Below are positions 37,469 to 46,307 of a DNA stretch of 64,000 nt, piece after piece. Source of the DNA: Planotetraspora phitsanulokensis (lineage in GTDB: Bacteria; Actinomycetota; Actinomycetes; Streptosporangiales; Streptosporangiaceae); the NCBI RefSeq assembly GCF_016863295.1, contig NZ_BOOP01000035.1, positions 37,952 through 101,951 on the forward strand, read 5' to 3'. The position numbers were made by a program, and so were the translations under genes. Below the pieces are notes generated by a model. That model saw only the letters and a program-made list of their open reading frames with translations, searched no databases and was not told the DNA's origin. Position 1 is the stretch's first letter. Each line of letters starts with the position of its first letter.

Positions 37469-38257
37469 ATGGCCGCAGACCGGGAACGGCTCCGCCGTAC
37501 ATTCACTGAGGACGCCGAGCTGTACGACCGGGCACGGCCCGGATATCCCGCCGGGCTCTTCGACGAGATCCCCCGTGGAAGCCGCGTACTGGAGATCGGC
37601 TGCGGCACCGGGCAGGCGACGATTCCACTCGCCGAGCGCGGATGCCGGATCGTCGCGATCGAACTGGGCGAGGAACTGGCTCGATTCGCCCGCCGCAAGC
37701 TCGCCGGCTTTCCCGACGTCGAGGTCGTCAACGCCGCCTTCGAGGACTGGCCGCTGCCGCCCGAGCCGTTCGACGTGGTCCTTGCGGCCACCAGCTTCCA
37801 CTGGATCGACCCGGCCGTCCGCGTCGCCAAGTCCGCGGACGCGCTGCGTCCAGGAGGCACCCTCGCCGTCATCTCGACGCACCACATCAGCGGAGGGACG
37901 AACCCCTTCTTCGCCGAGGTCCAGCGGTGCTACGAGAGGTTCGACCCGGACACGCCGCCGGGCCTGACGCTGCAGCCGGCCGTCGCGTTGCCGTCCGACA
38001 GCGCCGAGATCGACGCTTCAGGCAGGTTCGGCATCTCACGGTTCCGCCGCTTCGAGTGGGAACGGGGCTACACCACGGCCGAGTACCTCGACGTGCTCTC
38101 CACCTACTCCAACCACCGGGCGCTGCCCGCCGACGCCAGGGCCGGGTTGCTCGACTGCATCGCCACCCTCATCGACGGCCGGTACGGCGGGCGGATCGTC
38201 AAGCGCTATCTCACCCTGCTGCGTCTGTCCGACACGCTCCTCCCGAACGGACGCTGA
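37469..38257 (+). CDS. Class I SAM-dependent methyltransferase.
   Basis: ATG at 37469. SAM motif I (VLEIGCGTGQATIPLAERG). Motif II (DVVLAATSFHW). Post I (GGTLAV). The 905-aa ORF-track entry (35540..38257) is an antisense artefact upstream of this start. Confidence 0.8.
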   Translation: MAADRERLRRTFTEDAELYDRARPGYPAGLFDEIPRGSRVLEIGCGTGQATIPLAERGCRIVAIELGEELARFARRKLAGFPDVEVVNAAFEDWPLPPEPFDVVLAATSFHWIDPAVRVAKSADALRPGGTLAVISTHHISGGTNPFFAEVQRCYERFDPDTPPGLTLQPAVALPSDSAEIDASGRFGISRFRRFEWERGYTTAEYLDVLSTYSNHRALPADARAGLLDCIATLIDGRYGGRIVKRYLTLLRLSDTLLPNGR

Positions 38258-38303
38258 CACGCGGCGGGCCCGCGACCCACCGCGCTTCAACGCATCACGC
38301 TGA

Positions 38304-39035
38304 TCAGGACGACCGCCGCCCGGGCGGAAGGTCGAACTCGTCGTCGCGCATCCGCAGAAGGGCGAGGCCCGCACCGGCCATGCCGATCGCGCCCACCAAC
38401 AGTCCCGCGGCGCTGCCGATCTGACCCGGGATGAACGGGTGGGTCGGACCGGCGATCATGAGAGCGACGCCGGCCCAGGCGGGCGCGACCCGGCTGCGCC
38501 AGAGCGCGGCCCCCACCAGCGCAAGGCCCACGGTGAGCCCCAGGATCCACAGCCCCGAGGCGGCGGAGACGACAGGGTTCGCCCACAGCCCCTGGTCGAG
38601 CGCGGCCGCGGCGCCCTGGTCGATCCCGTCCTGCAGGGTGACCAGCGCGATGAGGTGGTCGTTGGGCAGCAGGGCCGAGGCGAGGAACCCCAGAACCGAC
38701 AGCAGGGCACCGGCCGTCGCGAGCCGGGGAGCGCCGCGGCGGGCGATCCACGCCACCGTGCACGTGGCCGGGATGAGCGTGACGGTGAAGACGGCTCCCA
38801 CCCACTGCAGCGCGCCCACCGTGCCCTGGGCGGAGCCGACCATGTCCAGCGTGCTCGCGAAGTCGCCGCCGGCGGGGCCCGGCATCAGCAGCTGGTAGAC
38901 CGCCTGGGCCAGCAGCGGCAACGGAGTGATCACCGCGAGCAGGACCCGCCAGAACGCGCGGACGTCTCGCAGTGGTCTGCCGGCCGCCGGCGCCGCGGCG
39001 CGGCTCGCCGTCTCGGTACGGGACTCGTCTTTCAT
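38304..39035 (-). CDS. Integral membrane protein (about 6 TM), divergent from the two-component system.
   Basis: ATG at 39035 with RBS GGAGGA. Hydrophobic helices throughout. Confidence 0.6.
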   Translation of the reverse strand: MKDESRTETASRAAAPAAGRPLRDVRAFWRVLLAVITPLPLLAQAVYQLLMPGPAGGDFASTLDMVGSAQGTVGALQWVGAVFTVTLIPATCTVAWIARRGAPRLATAGALLSVLGFLASALLPNDHLIALVTLQDGIDQGAAAALDQGLWANPVVSAASGLWILGLTVGLALVGAALWRSRVAPAWAGVALMIAGPTHPFIPGQIGSAAGLLVGAIGMAGAGLALLRMRDDEFDLPPGRRSS

Positions 39036-39182
39036 GGATCCTCCGATGCCTGTGGTGTGCTCTCCCGCCGAGAGTGGGCCGCCGGAGCCCCCGTGTTCGT
39101 GGGCTCGTCCTCCCATCCGCCCCCAGGCCTCCTGCGGCGGGATGGGAGTCCGCTCCTATGGCTCCGGGGGTCGCCGGACCCG

Positions 39183-41159
39183 ATGATTGGTCGCATGCCA
39201 GCCTCCCGAGCCGCTCCGATCGCCACGTTCACGATCACGAGCGTGGCGATCGCGGCCGCCTGGTGGTCGTGGTTCGCCGGCGGCTACGACCTGCGCGACG
39301 CGGCCGAGACCTACCTGCTGACGAACTCGGCGATGGGCGTGACGTTCACCGCGTTCGGCGCGCTCGTGCTGGCCCACCGGCCGCGGCATCGCATCGGGCG
39401 GTTGTTCGTCGCGTTCGGCGCCTGCTACGCGGCGAGCGTGGTCAGTCTGGGCCTGCAGTCGGGCGTGATCGCGCTGACGCCGGGGTGGGAACGGCTGATC
39501 GACGTGATCGGCATCACGGTGTGGATCCCGGCCCCCGTGGTCTGCCTGCCGCTGATCCTGCAGCTCTTCCCCGACGGGACCGTGCTGTCGCCGCGATGGC
39601 GCCCGTTGGCCGTGGTCACTCTGGCGCTGGTCGTGCTCACGCCGGCCCTCACGCTGCAACCGGGGGTCATCGAGAACGAGCCCATCGCCGACCGCAGCCC
39701 GCTGCTGCCGGAGGCGGCCGGACGCGTGGTGGCGGCGGTCGTCCCGGTGGCGGTCGCCCTCGTGGGACTCGTGCTGCTGGCCAGCGTCGCCGCGTTGTGG
39801 TCGCGGGTCCGGCGCTCGAGCGGAGACCAGCGGCTCCAGCTCATGTGGCTGCTCTGGGCGGCGGCCGTCTTCCTCGTGCTCAATGTCCAGCGCCTCGTGA
39901 CGACCGACGGGCCGATCCTGTTCCTGCTGACCCTGCCGCTGATCCCGGCCGCCGCGACGATCGCGATCATCCGTCACCGGTTGTACGACATCCGGTTGGT
40001 GGTCAACCGGTCCATCGTCTACGGCGTGCTGACGGTGGGTGTGATCGGCGCCTACCTGGGCATCGTCGCGGTGCTCGGCGCTCTGGCCCGCGACCGGCTC
40101 GAGGCCAGCCCGCTGGTGGCGACCGGTGTGGTCGCGCTGGTCTTCTCGCCCGCCCGCGCCGCCGTCCAGTCCGGCGTGGACCGGCTCATGTACGGCCGGC
40201 GCCAGGATCCGGCCGCGGCGGCGGCCAGCGTGGGCGTGCGGCTCGGGGCCGGCCTGGAGGGTGTGCTCCGGGCGGTCTGCGAGGCGTTGCGCCTGCCGTA
40301 CGCCGCGGTCAGCGCCGACGGCAGGCTCGTCGCCACATTCGGCGCCGCGTCCGACGGGCGGCACACCGTGCCCCTGGAGGTGGCGGACGGCACGCCCGCC
40401 GACCTGCTGGTGGGACTGCGCTCGGGCGAGTCCCGGCTGTCGGCGGCCGACAGCCGGGCGCTCGAGCTGCTCGCGGCGCCCATCGGAGTCGCGCTCCAGG
40501 CGGTCCTCCTGTCGGAGCAGTTGCGCGAGTCGCGTGCCCGCATCGTCGCCGCCAGGGAGGAGGAACGCCGGCGGCTGCGCCGTGACCTGCACGACGGTCT
40601 CGGCAGCGCGCTGACCGCCGTCACCCTGAAGGCGGACGCGGCCCACAACCTCCAGGCCGTCGATCCGGCGCGGTCCGGGGAGTTGCTGCTCGACCTGCGC
40701 GCCGACCTGACCGGCGCCATCGCCGACATCCGCCGCCTTGTCTACGACCTGCGGCCGCCCGACCTCGACGAGCTCGGGCTGCTCGGCGCGCTGCGCCAGC
40801 GCGCGGAGCAGTCCTGGCGCCGCGATGACGGCCGTTTCGTCGTCACCCTCGACTCCCCCGCGGACCTGCCCCCTCTGCCGGCTGCCGTGGAGGTCGCGGC
40901 CTACCGCATCGCCACGGAGGCGGTCACCAACGCGCTGCGTCACGGCAGCGCGGGCTCGTGCGTCATCTCGCTGCGGGCCGACCACGCCCTGCATCTGGAG
41001 GTGCGCGACGACGGCGCCGTCGGAGTGACCGCGTGGCAGCATGGAGTCGGCCTCCGGTCCATGCACGAACGCGCCGCCGAACTCGGGGGCGTCCTCAGCG
41101 CGGGACCCACCGACCGCGGCGGCCGCGTCCACGCCCTTCTGCCCCTGGAGCCGAGATGA
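39183..41159 (+). CDS. Sensor histidine kinase, NarL/DesK type (polytopic membrane sensor + HisKA_3 + HATPase_c).
   Basis: About 8 N-terminal TM helices. H-box (AREEERRRLRRDLHDGLGSALT). ATPase motifs (TNALRHGSAGSC; DDGAVG; GLRSMHERAAELGG). Stop overlaps the response-regulator start (ATGA 41156-41159). Confidence 0.85.
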   Translation: MIGRMPASRAAPIATFTITSVAIAAAWWSWFAGGYDLRDAAETYLLTNSAMGVTFTAFGALVLAHRPRHRIGRLFVAFGACYAASVVSLGLQSGVIALTPGWERLIDVIGITVWIPAPVVCLPLILQLFPDGTVLSPRWRPLAVVTLALVVLTPALTLQPGVIENEPIADRSPLLPEAAGRVVAAVVPVAVALVGLVLLASVAALWSRVRRSSGDQRLQLMWLLWAAAVFLVLNVQRLVTTDGPILFLLTLPLIPAAATIAIIRHRLYDIRLVVNRSIVYGVLTVGVIGAYLGIVAVLGALARDRLEASPLVATGVVALVFSPARAAVQSGVDRLMYGRRQDPAAAAASVGVRLGAGLEGVLRAVCEALRLPYAAVSADGRLVATFGAASDGRHTVPLEVADGTPADLLVGLRSGESRLSAADSRALELLAAPIGVALQAVLLSEQLRESRARIVAAREEERRRLRRDLHDGLGSALTAVTLKADAAHNLQAVDPARSGELLLDLRADLTGAIADIRRLVYDLRPPDLDELGLLGALRQRAEQSWRRDDGRFVVTLDSPADLPPLPAAVEVAAYRIATEAVTNALRHGSAGSCVISLRADHALHLEVRDDGAVGVTAWQHGVGLRSMHERAAELGGVLSAGPTDRGGRVHALLPLEPR

Positions 41160-41839
41160 GCACCGAGGCCGACCTGAGCACCGGGGCCGCCATCCGCGTG
41201 GTCGTGGTCGACGACCACCCGTTGATGCGCGAGGGCATGCGCGCCCTCGTCGCCTCCCTGAGCGACATCGAGATCGTCGGCGAGGCGGGAGACGGCGAGG
41301 CCGCCTGCCGGGAGACACAGCTCACCCGTCCCGACGTCGTCGTCATGGACCTGCACATGCCCGGGGTCAGCGGCGTGGAGGCGACCCGGTCGATCCTGCG
41401 CGTCGCACCCGCCACCCGGGTGCTGGTCCTGACGATGTTCGAGGACGACGAGTCGGTCTTCGCCGCGATGCGCGCGGGTGCGTCCGGCTATCTCGTCAAG
41501 GGCGCCCAGCAGGACGAGATCGTCCGGGCCGTCCGGGCCGTCGCCGCCGGTCAGGCCGTCTTCGGACCGACGGTGGCGCGCCGGATCATCGACTTCTTCG
41601 CCGGTGGCGGCCGCGACGCGACCCCCGCGGAGCCGTTCCCCGAGCTGACCGGCAGGGAGCGCGAGGTCCTCGATCTCATCGCCGCCGGACACTCCAACGC
41701 GGTGATCGCCCGGCGTCTCGTCATCAGCCCCAAGACCGTCAGCAACCACATCTCCGCGATCTTCGCCAAGCTCCAGGTCGCCGACCGCGCCGAGGCGATC
41801 GTGCGCGCCCGCCAGGCAGGTCTCGGGCACCGGCCCTGA
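41156..41839 (+). CDS. Response regulator, NarL/LuxR family (REC + LuxR HTH).
   Basis: REC motifs (VVVVDDHPLMREG; phospho-acceptor D in VVVMDLHMPG). HTH (LTGREREVLDLIAAGHSNAVIARRLVISPKTVSNHISAIFAKL). Confidence 0.9.
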   Translation: MSTEADLSTGAAIRVVVVDDHPLMREGMRALVASLSDIEIVGEAGDGEAACRETQLTRPDVVVMDLHMPGVSGVEATRSILRVAPATRVLVLTMFEDDESVFAAMRAGASGYLVKGAQQDEIVRAVRAVAAGQAVFGPTVARRIIDFFAGGGRDATPAEPFPELTGREREVLDLIAAGHSNAVIARRLVISPKTVSNHISAIFAKLQVADRAEAIVRARQAGLGHRP

Positions 41840-41895
41840 CCGGGCCGGCGGATCCCGGCCACTACGATGGCCGAAACGGGACGAAAGGGTACGGC

Positions 41896-42291
41896 GTGAA
41901 TCTGGTCGAGCGCGGTGCGGAGTTCGCCGGGTTCTGGCGGGAGCGGCACCTGTGCACGCTCACCACCGTCCGGCCTGACGGCACGCCCCACGTGGTGCCG
42001 GTCGGCGTGACCCTCGACCTGGAGTCCGCGACGGCCCGCGTCATCACCTCGGGCACATCGCACAAGGCACGCCGCGTCGCCGCCGCAGGACCCGAGGGCA
42101 CACCGGTCGCGGTCTGCCAGGTCGACGGACGCCGGTGGTCGACCCTCGAAGGCACAGCGGTCCTCCGCACCGAGCCCGAGCAGGTCGCCGACGCCGAGCG
42201 TCGCTATGCCGAACGGTACAAGCAGCCGCGTCCCAATCCGGCCCGCGTGGTGCTGGAGATCCGGGTGACCCGCGTTCTGGGAAACATGTGA
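41896..42291 (+). CDS. PPOX-class (pyridoxamine 5'-phosphate oxidase-like) F420/FMN-binding split-barrel protein; translationally coupled to cobL.
   Basis: GTG at 41896. Motif (FWRERHLCTLTTVRPDGTPHVVPV...AVCQVDGRRWSTLEGTA). 131 aa. Its stop TGA (42289-42291) overlaps the cobL GTG start (42288-42290). Confidence 0.65.
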   Translation: MNLVERGAEFAGFWRERHLCTLTTVRPDGTPHVVPVGVTLDLESATARVITSGTSHKARRVAAAGPEGTPVAVCQVDGRRWSTLEGTAVLRTEPEQVADAERRYAERYKQPRPNPARVVLEIRVTRVLGNM

Positions 42292-43526
42292 TCACGGTCG
42301 TCGGGATCGGCGCCGACGGGTGGGCCGGTCTGTCCCCCGCCTCGCGGGAGGCCGTCGAATCCGCCGAGGTGCTGATCGGCGGCTCCCGGCAGCTCGATCT
42401 GATCCCTGACGTGCCGGCTGAGCGGATCACCTGGCCGTCCCCCCTTATGCCCGCTCTGCCCGGCCTGATGGAGGCGCACGCCGCCAGGGCCGTCTGCGTC
42501 CTCGCGAGCGGCGACCCCATGTTCTTCGGCGTCGGCTCGACGCTGGTGCGCCTGCTCGGTCCTGAGCGGCTGCGCGTGCTGCCCCACCTGTCGTCGCTTT
42601 CACTGGCCTGCGCGAGGCTCGGCTGGCCCGTCGAGCAGGTCGAGGTCGTGAGCCTCCTCGGCCGTCCGCTCGCCGCCGTGAGCGCGGCCGTCTCGCCGGG
42701 GCGGCGCGTCCTCGTGCTCAGCGCGGACGGCGACGGCCCCGCCCAGGTGGCCGCGTTGCTGACCGCGCGCGGATACGGCGCGAGCGGCATGACGGTCCTG
42801 TCCGATCTGGGCGCGAAGGCCGAGTCACGGCAGGACGGCGTCGCGTCCCGCTGGCCGCACCCCGCCTCCCCGGCGCTCAACGTGATCGGCGTCGAATGCG
42901 CGGCCGACCCCGGCGCCCGGCCGCTCGCCCTGGTTCCCGGCCTGCCCGACGAGGCGTTCGAGCACGACGGACAGCTCACCAAACGAGAGGTGCGGGCGGT
43001 CAGCCTGTCCCGGCTCGCCCCTCTTCCCGGCGAACTGCTGTGGGACGTCGGCGCGGGCGCGGGAAGCATCGCGATCGAGTGGATGCGGACCCATCCGTCC
43101 TGTACGGCCGTGGCCGTTGAGGGCCGAGCCGACCGCGGCGAGCGCGTCCGCCGTAACGCGGAGACGCTGGGCGTGCCCGGGCTGCGCGTGGTGGACGGGT
43201 CCGCCCCGGCGGCGCTGGCGGGCCTGCCGGCGCCCGACGCGGTGTTCATCGGCGGCGGCGTGACCGTTCCCGGAGTGGTCGAGGCGTGCTGGACGGCGCT
43301 GCGGCCCGGGGGGCGGCTCGTCGCGAACGCGGTCACCCTGGAGTCCGAGTCGGTCGTCGGCCAGTGGTACGGCAGGCTCGGCGGCGACCTGGTACGCCTC
43401 TCGGTGCAGCGGGCCTCTCCGGTCGGCGGCTTCACCGGTTGGCGGGCCATGTTGCCGGTGACCGTCTGGTCCGTGGTCAAAGAGGTCCCGGTCCAGGAAG
43501 ACGCGGTCGAAGGAGATTCCCCATGA
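42288..43526 (+). CDS. cobL: Bifunctional precorrin-6Y C5,15-methyltransferase (decarboxylating), CbiE+CbiT fusion.
   Basis: N-terminal tetrapyrrole-methylase half (ITVVGIGADGW...GDPMFFG). C-terminal class-I methyltransferase half (LWDVGAGAGSIAIEW). Confidence 0.85.
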   Translation: MITVVGIGADGWAGLSPASREAVESAEVLIGGSRQLDLIPDVPAERITWPSPLMPALPGLMEAHAARAVCVLASGDPMFFGVGSTLVRLLGPERLRVLPHLSSLSLACARLGWPVEQVEVVSLLGRPLAAVSAAVSPGRRVLVLSADGDGPAQVAALLTARGYGASGMTVLSDLGAKAESRQDGVASRWPHPASPALNVIGVECAADPGARPLALVPGLPDEAFEHDGQLTKREVRAVSLSRLAPLPGELLWDVGAGAGSIAIEWMRTHPSCTAVAVEGRADRGERVRRNAETLGVPGLRVVDGSAPAALAGLPAPDAVFIGGGVTVPGVVEACWTALRPGGRLVANAVTLESESVVGQWYGRLGGDLVRLSVQRASPVGGFTGWRAMLPVTVWSVVKEVPVQEDAVEGDSP

Positions 43527-44266
43527 CGGTGCACTTCGTCGGCGCGGGCCCGGGAGCGGCCGACCTCATCACGTTACGCGGGCTGCGGGTGCTGGAGTCG
43601 TCGCCCGTCTGCCTCTACGCGGGGTCGCTGGTCCCCCGTGAGCTGCTCGACTCCTGTCCCGAGGGAGCCCGGCTGGTCGACACCGCCGATCTGACGCTCG
43701 ACGAGATCGTCGCCGAGATGGCCGCCGCGCACGACGCGGGGCTGGATGTGGCGCGGCTGCACTCGGGCGACCCTTCGGTGTTCAGCGCCGTGGCCGAGCA
43801 GATGCGCCGGCTCGAGGTGCTGGACATCCCCTACGTAGTGGTGCCGGGAGTGCCGGCCTTCGCCGCGGCGGCCGCCTCGCTGGGCCGCGAGCTCACCGTC
43901 CCCGGCGTCGGCCAGACGGTCATCCTCACGCGCACGTCCGCGCGGGCGACACCGATGCCGGAGGGCGAGGACCTCGGGACGCTGTCGGCGAGCACCGCGA
44001 CCATGGTGCTGCACCTGGCGGTCCAGCGGATCGAAGAGGTCGTCGCTGAGCTCCTGCCCTCGTACGGCGCGGGCTGTCCCGTCGCGGTCGTGGCACGGGC
44101 GAGCCGCGACGACGAGGTGATCCTCCGGGGCACGCTCGCGGACATCGCCGACCAGGTACGGCAGGCCGGGATCAGGCGCACGGCCGTCATCGTGGTGGGC
44201 CGGGTGCTCGCGGCGTCGGAGTTCCCCGACAGCCACCTCTACTCGCCCGGCCGCCGCCGGTCGTGA
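43523..44266 (+). CDS. cobM: Precorrin-4 C11-methyltransferase.
   Basis: VHFVGAGPGAADLITLRGLRVLESSPVCLYAGSLV; GDPSVFSAVAEQ. ATGA overlap with cobL. Confidence 0.85.
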   Translation: MTVHFVGAGPGAADLITLRGLRVLESSPVCLYAGSLVPRELLDSCPEGARLVDTADLTLDEIVAEMAAAHDAGLDVARLHSGDPSVFSAVAEQMRRLEVLDIPYVVVPGVPAFAAAAASLGRELTVPGVGQTVILTRTSARATPMPEGEDLGTLSASTATMVLHLAVQRIEEVVAELLPSYGAGCPVAVVARASRDDEVILRGTLADIADQVRQAGIRRTAVIVVGRVLAASEFPDSHLYSPGRRRS

Positions 44267-44339
44267 CAGTGAACGGGACCCTGCCTGCCAGTCCCATGGT
44301 CACCGGCACCGCGCCGGTCCGCGTCACCGCGCAGTCAGG

Positions 44340-44410
44340 CGTGGTCGTGCCGTCAGACGTGCCCGTGCCGTCAGACGTGCCCGTGCCGTCAGACGTGCCC
44401 GTGCCGTCAG
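44340..44410. repeat. Tandem 18-bp direct repeat (GTGCCGTCAGACGTGCCC, about 3.8 copies) between convergent cobM and cbiD.
   Basis: Seen directly. In the + frame contiguous with a GTGA-coupled ORF at 44263 it encodes VPSDVPVPSDVPVPSD. It resembles the VPSD-coding repeats at the 5' end of cobN (50150-50300). Confidence 0.7.
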
Positions 44411-45489
44411 GCGTGGCCGCCCGCCCGTCCGACGATCACGCCGGCCCGGTCGATGACCACGATGTCGACCTCGACCGGAGCCTCCCGCAGCACCTCGACC
44501 GCCGTGGCGCGGGCACCCTCGGCTACCAAGTCGCCGAGAGGCAGCCCGGCCTCCTGGCACAGCCGCAGCGCGTGCAGCGCGGTGTTGGCCTCGCGGACCC
44601 TCTCGGCGAGGTCGGCCGTGCCTCCCGCGTCGAGCACGAGTCTCGCGAGCAGGTCGGGGTTGACCTGGGAGCGGCCCGAGTGCAGGTCGAGGTGGCCGTC
44701 GGCCAGTTTGGAGAGCTTGCCGACGCCGCCCGCGATCGTGAGCCGCGGCACGGGGTGTCGGCGCAGGTACTTCAGCAGCGCTCCCGCGAAGTCGCCCATG
44801 TCGAGCAGCGCGTCGTCGGGCAGGCCGTACAACTCGGCCGCGACGCGCTCCGAGGTGCTGCCCGTGCATCCGGCCACATGGACGTGCCCGGCGGCCCGGG
44901 CGACGTCGACCCCGCGTCTGATGGAGTCGATCCAGGCCGAGCACGAGTAGGGCACGACCACTCCGGTCGTCCCGAGGATCGACAGCCCGCCGAGGATGCC
45001 CAGCCTCGGGTTCCATGTGTGGCGGGCCAGTTCCTCGCCGTTCTCCACCGAGATCTCGACCACGAGGTCGCCGCTGCCGCCGTGCGCCGCGGCCACCTCG
45101 GCGACGTGCTCGCGCATCATGCGGCGCGGCACCGGGTTGATCGCCGGCTCGCCGACGTCGAGCGGCAGGCCGGGCTTGGTGACCGTGCCGACGCCCGGCC
45201 CGGCGGTGAACGTCACGCCGCTTCCCGGGAGGCCGGGCCGTACCGACGACGAGATCAGCGCGCCGTGCGTCACGTCGGGGTCGTCACCCGCGTCCTTCAC
45301 GATCGAGGCGGAGGCGAAGCCGTCCCCGAGCGTCTCGCGGGCGAGCGCGAAGGCGGGTGTGCGGCCCTTGGGCAGCGTGATCGTCACCGGATCGGGGAAC
45401 TCGCCGGTGAGCAGCGCCGTATAGGCCGCCGTGGTGGCGGCGGTCGCGCAGGCGCCGGTGGTCCAGCCGTGACGCAGCGGGGCGCTCAT
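44407..45489 (-). CDS. cbiD: Cobalt-precorrin-5B (C1)-methyltransferase CbiD-family protein.
   Basis: N-terminal LRHGWTTGACATAA motif characteristic of CbiD. About 360 aa. Confidence 0.8.
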   Translation of the reverse strand: MSAPLRHGWTTGACATAATTAAYTALLTGEFPDPVTITLPKGRTPAFALARETLGDGFASASIVKDAGDDPDVTHGALISSSVRPGLPGSGVTFTAGPGVGTVTKPGLPLDVGEPAINPVPRRMMREHVAEVAAAHGGSGDLVVEISVENGEELARHTWNPRLGILGGLSILGTTGVVVPYSCSAWIDSIRRGVDVARAAGHVHVAGCTGSTSERVAAELYGLPDDALLDMGDFAGALLKYLRRHPVPRLTIAGGVGKLSKLADGHLDLHSGRSQVNPDLLARLVLDAGGTADLAERVREANTALHALRLCQEAGLPLGDLVAEGARATAVEVLREAPVEVDIVVIDRAGVIVGRAGGHA

Positions 45490-45548
45490 GAGACGGCCTG
45501 CCCGCGGACGGACGGCCCCACAGATGGGGACACGGAGGGGGACACGGT

Positions 45549-46307
45549 ATGCGGGTGCTGATCCTGGGCGGGACCGCCGAGGCGCGGGCGCTGGCCGCCG
45601 CGCTCGACCCCGAGCCGGGCGTCCATGTGGTGTCGTCGCTCGCCGGACGGGTGAGCAATCCGCGCCTGCCGGTCGGTGAGGTGCACGAGGGCGGCTTCGG
45701 CGGGCCGGACGGCCTCGCGGCCTGGATCCGCGACAACACGATCGACGCGCTCATCGACGCGACCCACCCGTTCGCCGCGCGGATGAGCGCGTCGGCGGCG
45801 GAGGTGGCACGCCGCACCGGCGTCCCCCTGCTCGTGTTGCGACGTCCCGGCTGGGCGGAGGAGCCCGGCGATTCCTGGCATCGCGTCCCGTCGCTCCACG
45901 CGGCGGCGGACGTGCTGCCCTCGCTTGGCCGGAGGGTGTTCCTCACGACCGGACGCAGGAGCCTGCCGGTCTTCGCCGCGCTCGACGGCCTGTGGTTCCT
46001 CGCGCGTTCGGTGGACCCGCCCGAACCTCCGATCCCCGCGAATGTGCGGATCCTGCTCGCCCGGGGCCCGTACACCGTGGAGGGCGAGCGTGCCCTCATC
46101 GGGGAACATCGCCTCGACGTGCTGGTGACCAAGGACAGCGGGGGCTCGATGACCACCGCGAAGCTGGTCGCCGCCAGGGAGCTCGGCCTGCCCGTGGTCA
46201 TGGTGGACCGGCCGTCGCCGCCCGACGGCGTACGGCTCGTGACCACGCCCGGCGAGGCCGCCGACTGGCTCGGCGGCCTGGCGGCGGGCCGGCGTCACGA
46301 CGGGTAG
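45549..46307 (+). CDS. cobK: Precorrin-6A reductase (CobK/CbiJ).
   Basis: MRVLILGGTAEARALAA...; THPFA; LVTKDSGG. RBS GGAGGGGGA. Confidence 0.85.
   Translation: MRVLILGGTAEARALAAALDPEPGVHVVSSLAGRVSNPRLPVGEVHEGGFGGPDGLAAWIRDNTIDALIDATHPFAARMSASAAEVARRTGVPLLVLRRPGWAEEPGDSWHRVPSLHAAADVLPSLGRRVFLTTGRRSLPVFAALDGLWFLARSVDPPEPPIPANVRILLARGPYTVEGERALIGEHRLDVLVTKDSGGSMTTAKLVAARELGLPVVMVDRPSPPDGVRLVTTPGEAADWLGGLAAGRRHDG

Noticed and set aside
35540-41159. Long + strand ORFs 35540..38257 (905 aa) and 38439..41159 (906 aa)
   Set aside because: Their 5' portions are antisense to the ABC transporter, PadR and membrane-protein genes and are low-complexity. Only the 3' parts from internal starts are real genes (the methyltransferase at 37469 and the histidine kinase at 39183).
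44263-45561. 432-aa + strand ORF starting with GTG overlapping the cobM stop
   Set aside because: Beyond the first about 48 codons (the VPSD repeat) it is antisense to cbiD with Arg/Gly/Asp-rich composition. Not a real full-length gene; the short repeat-encoded N-terminal part is discussed as a finding.
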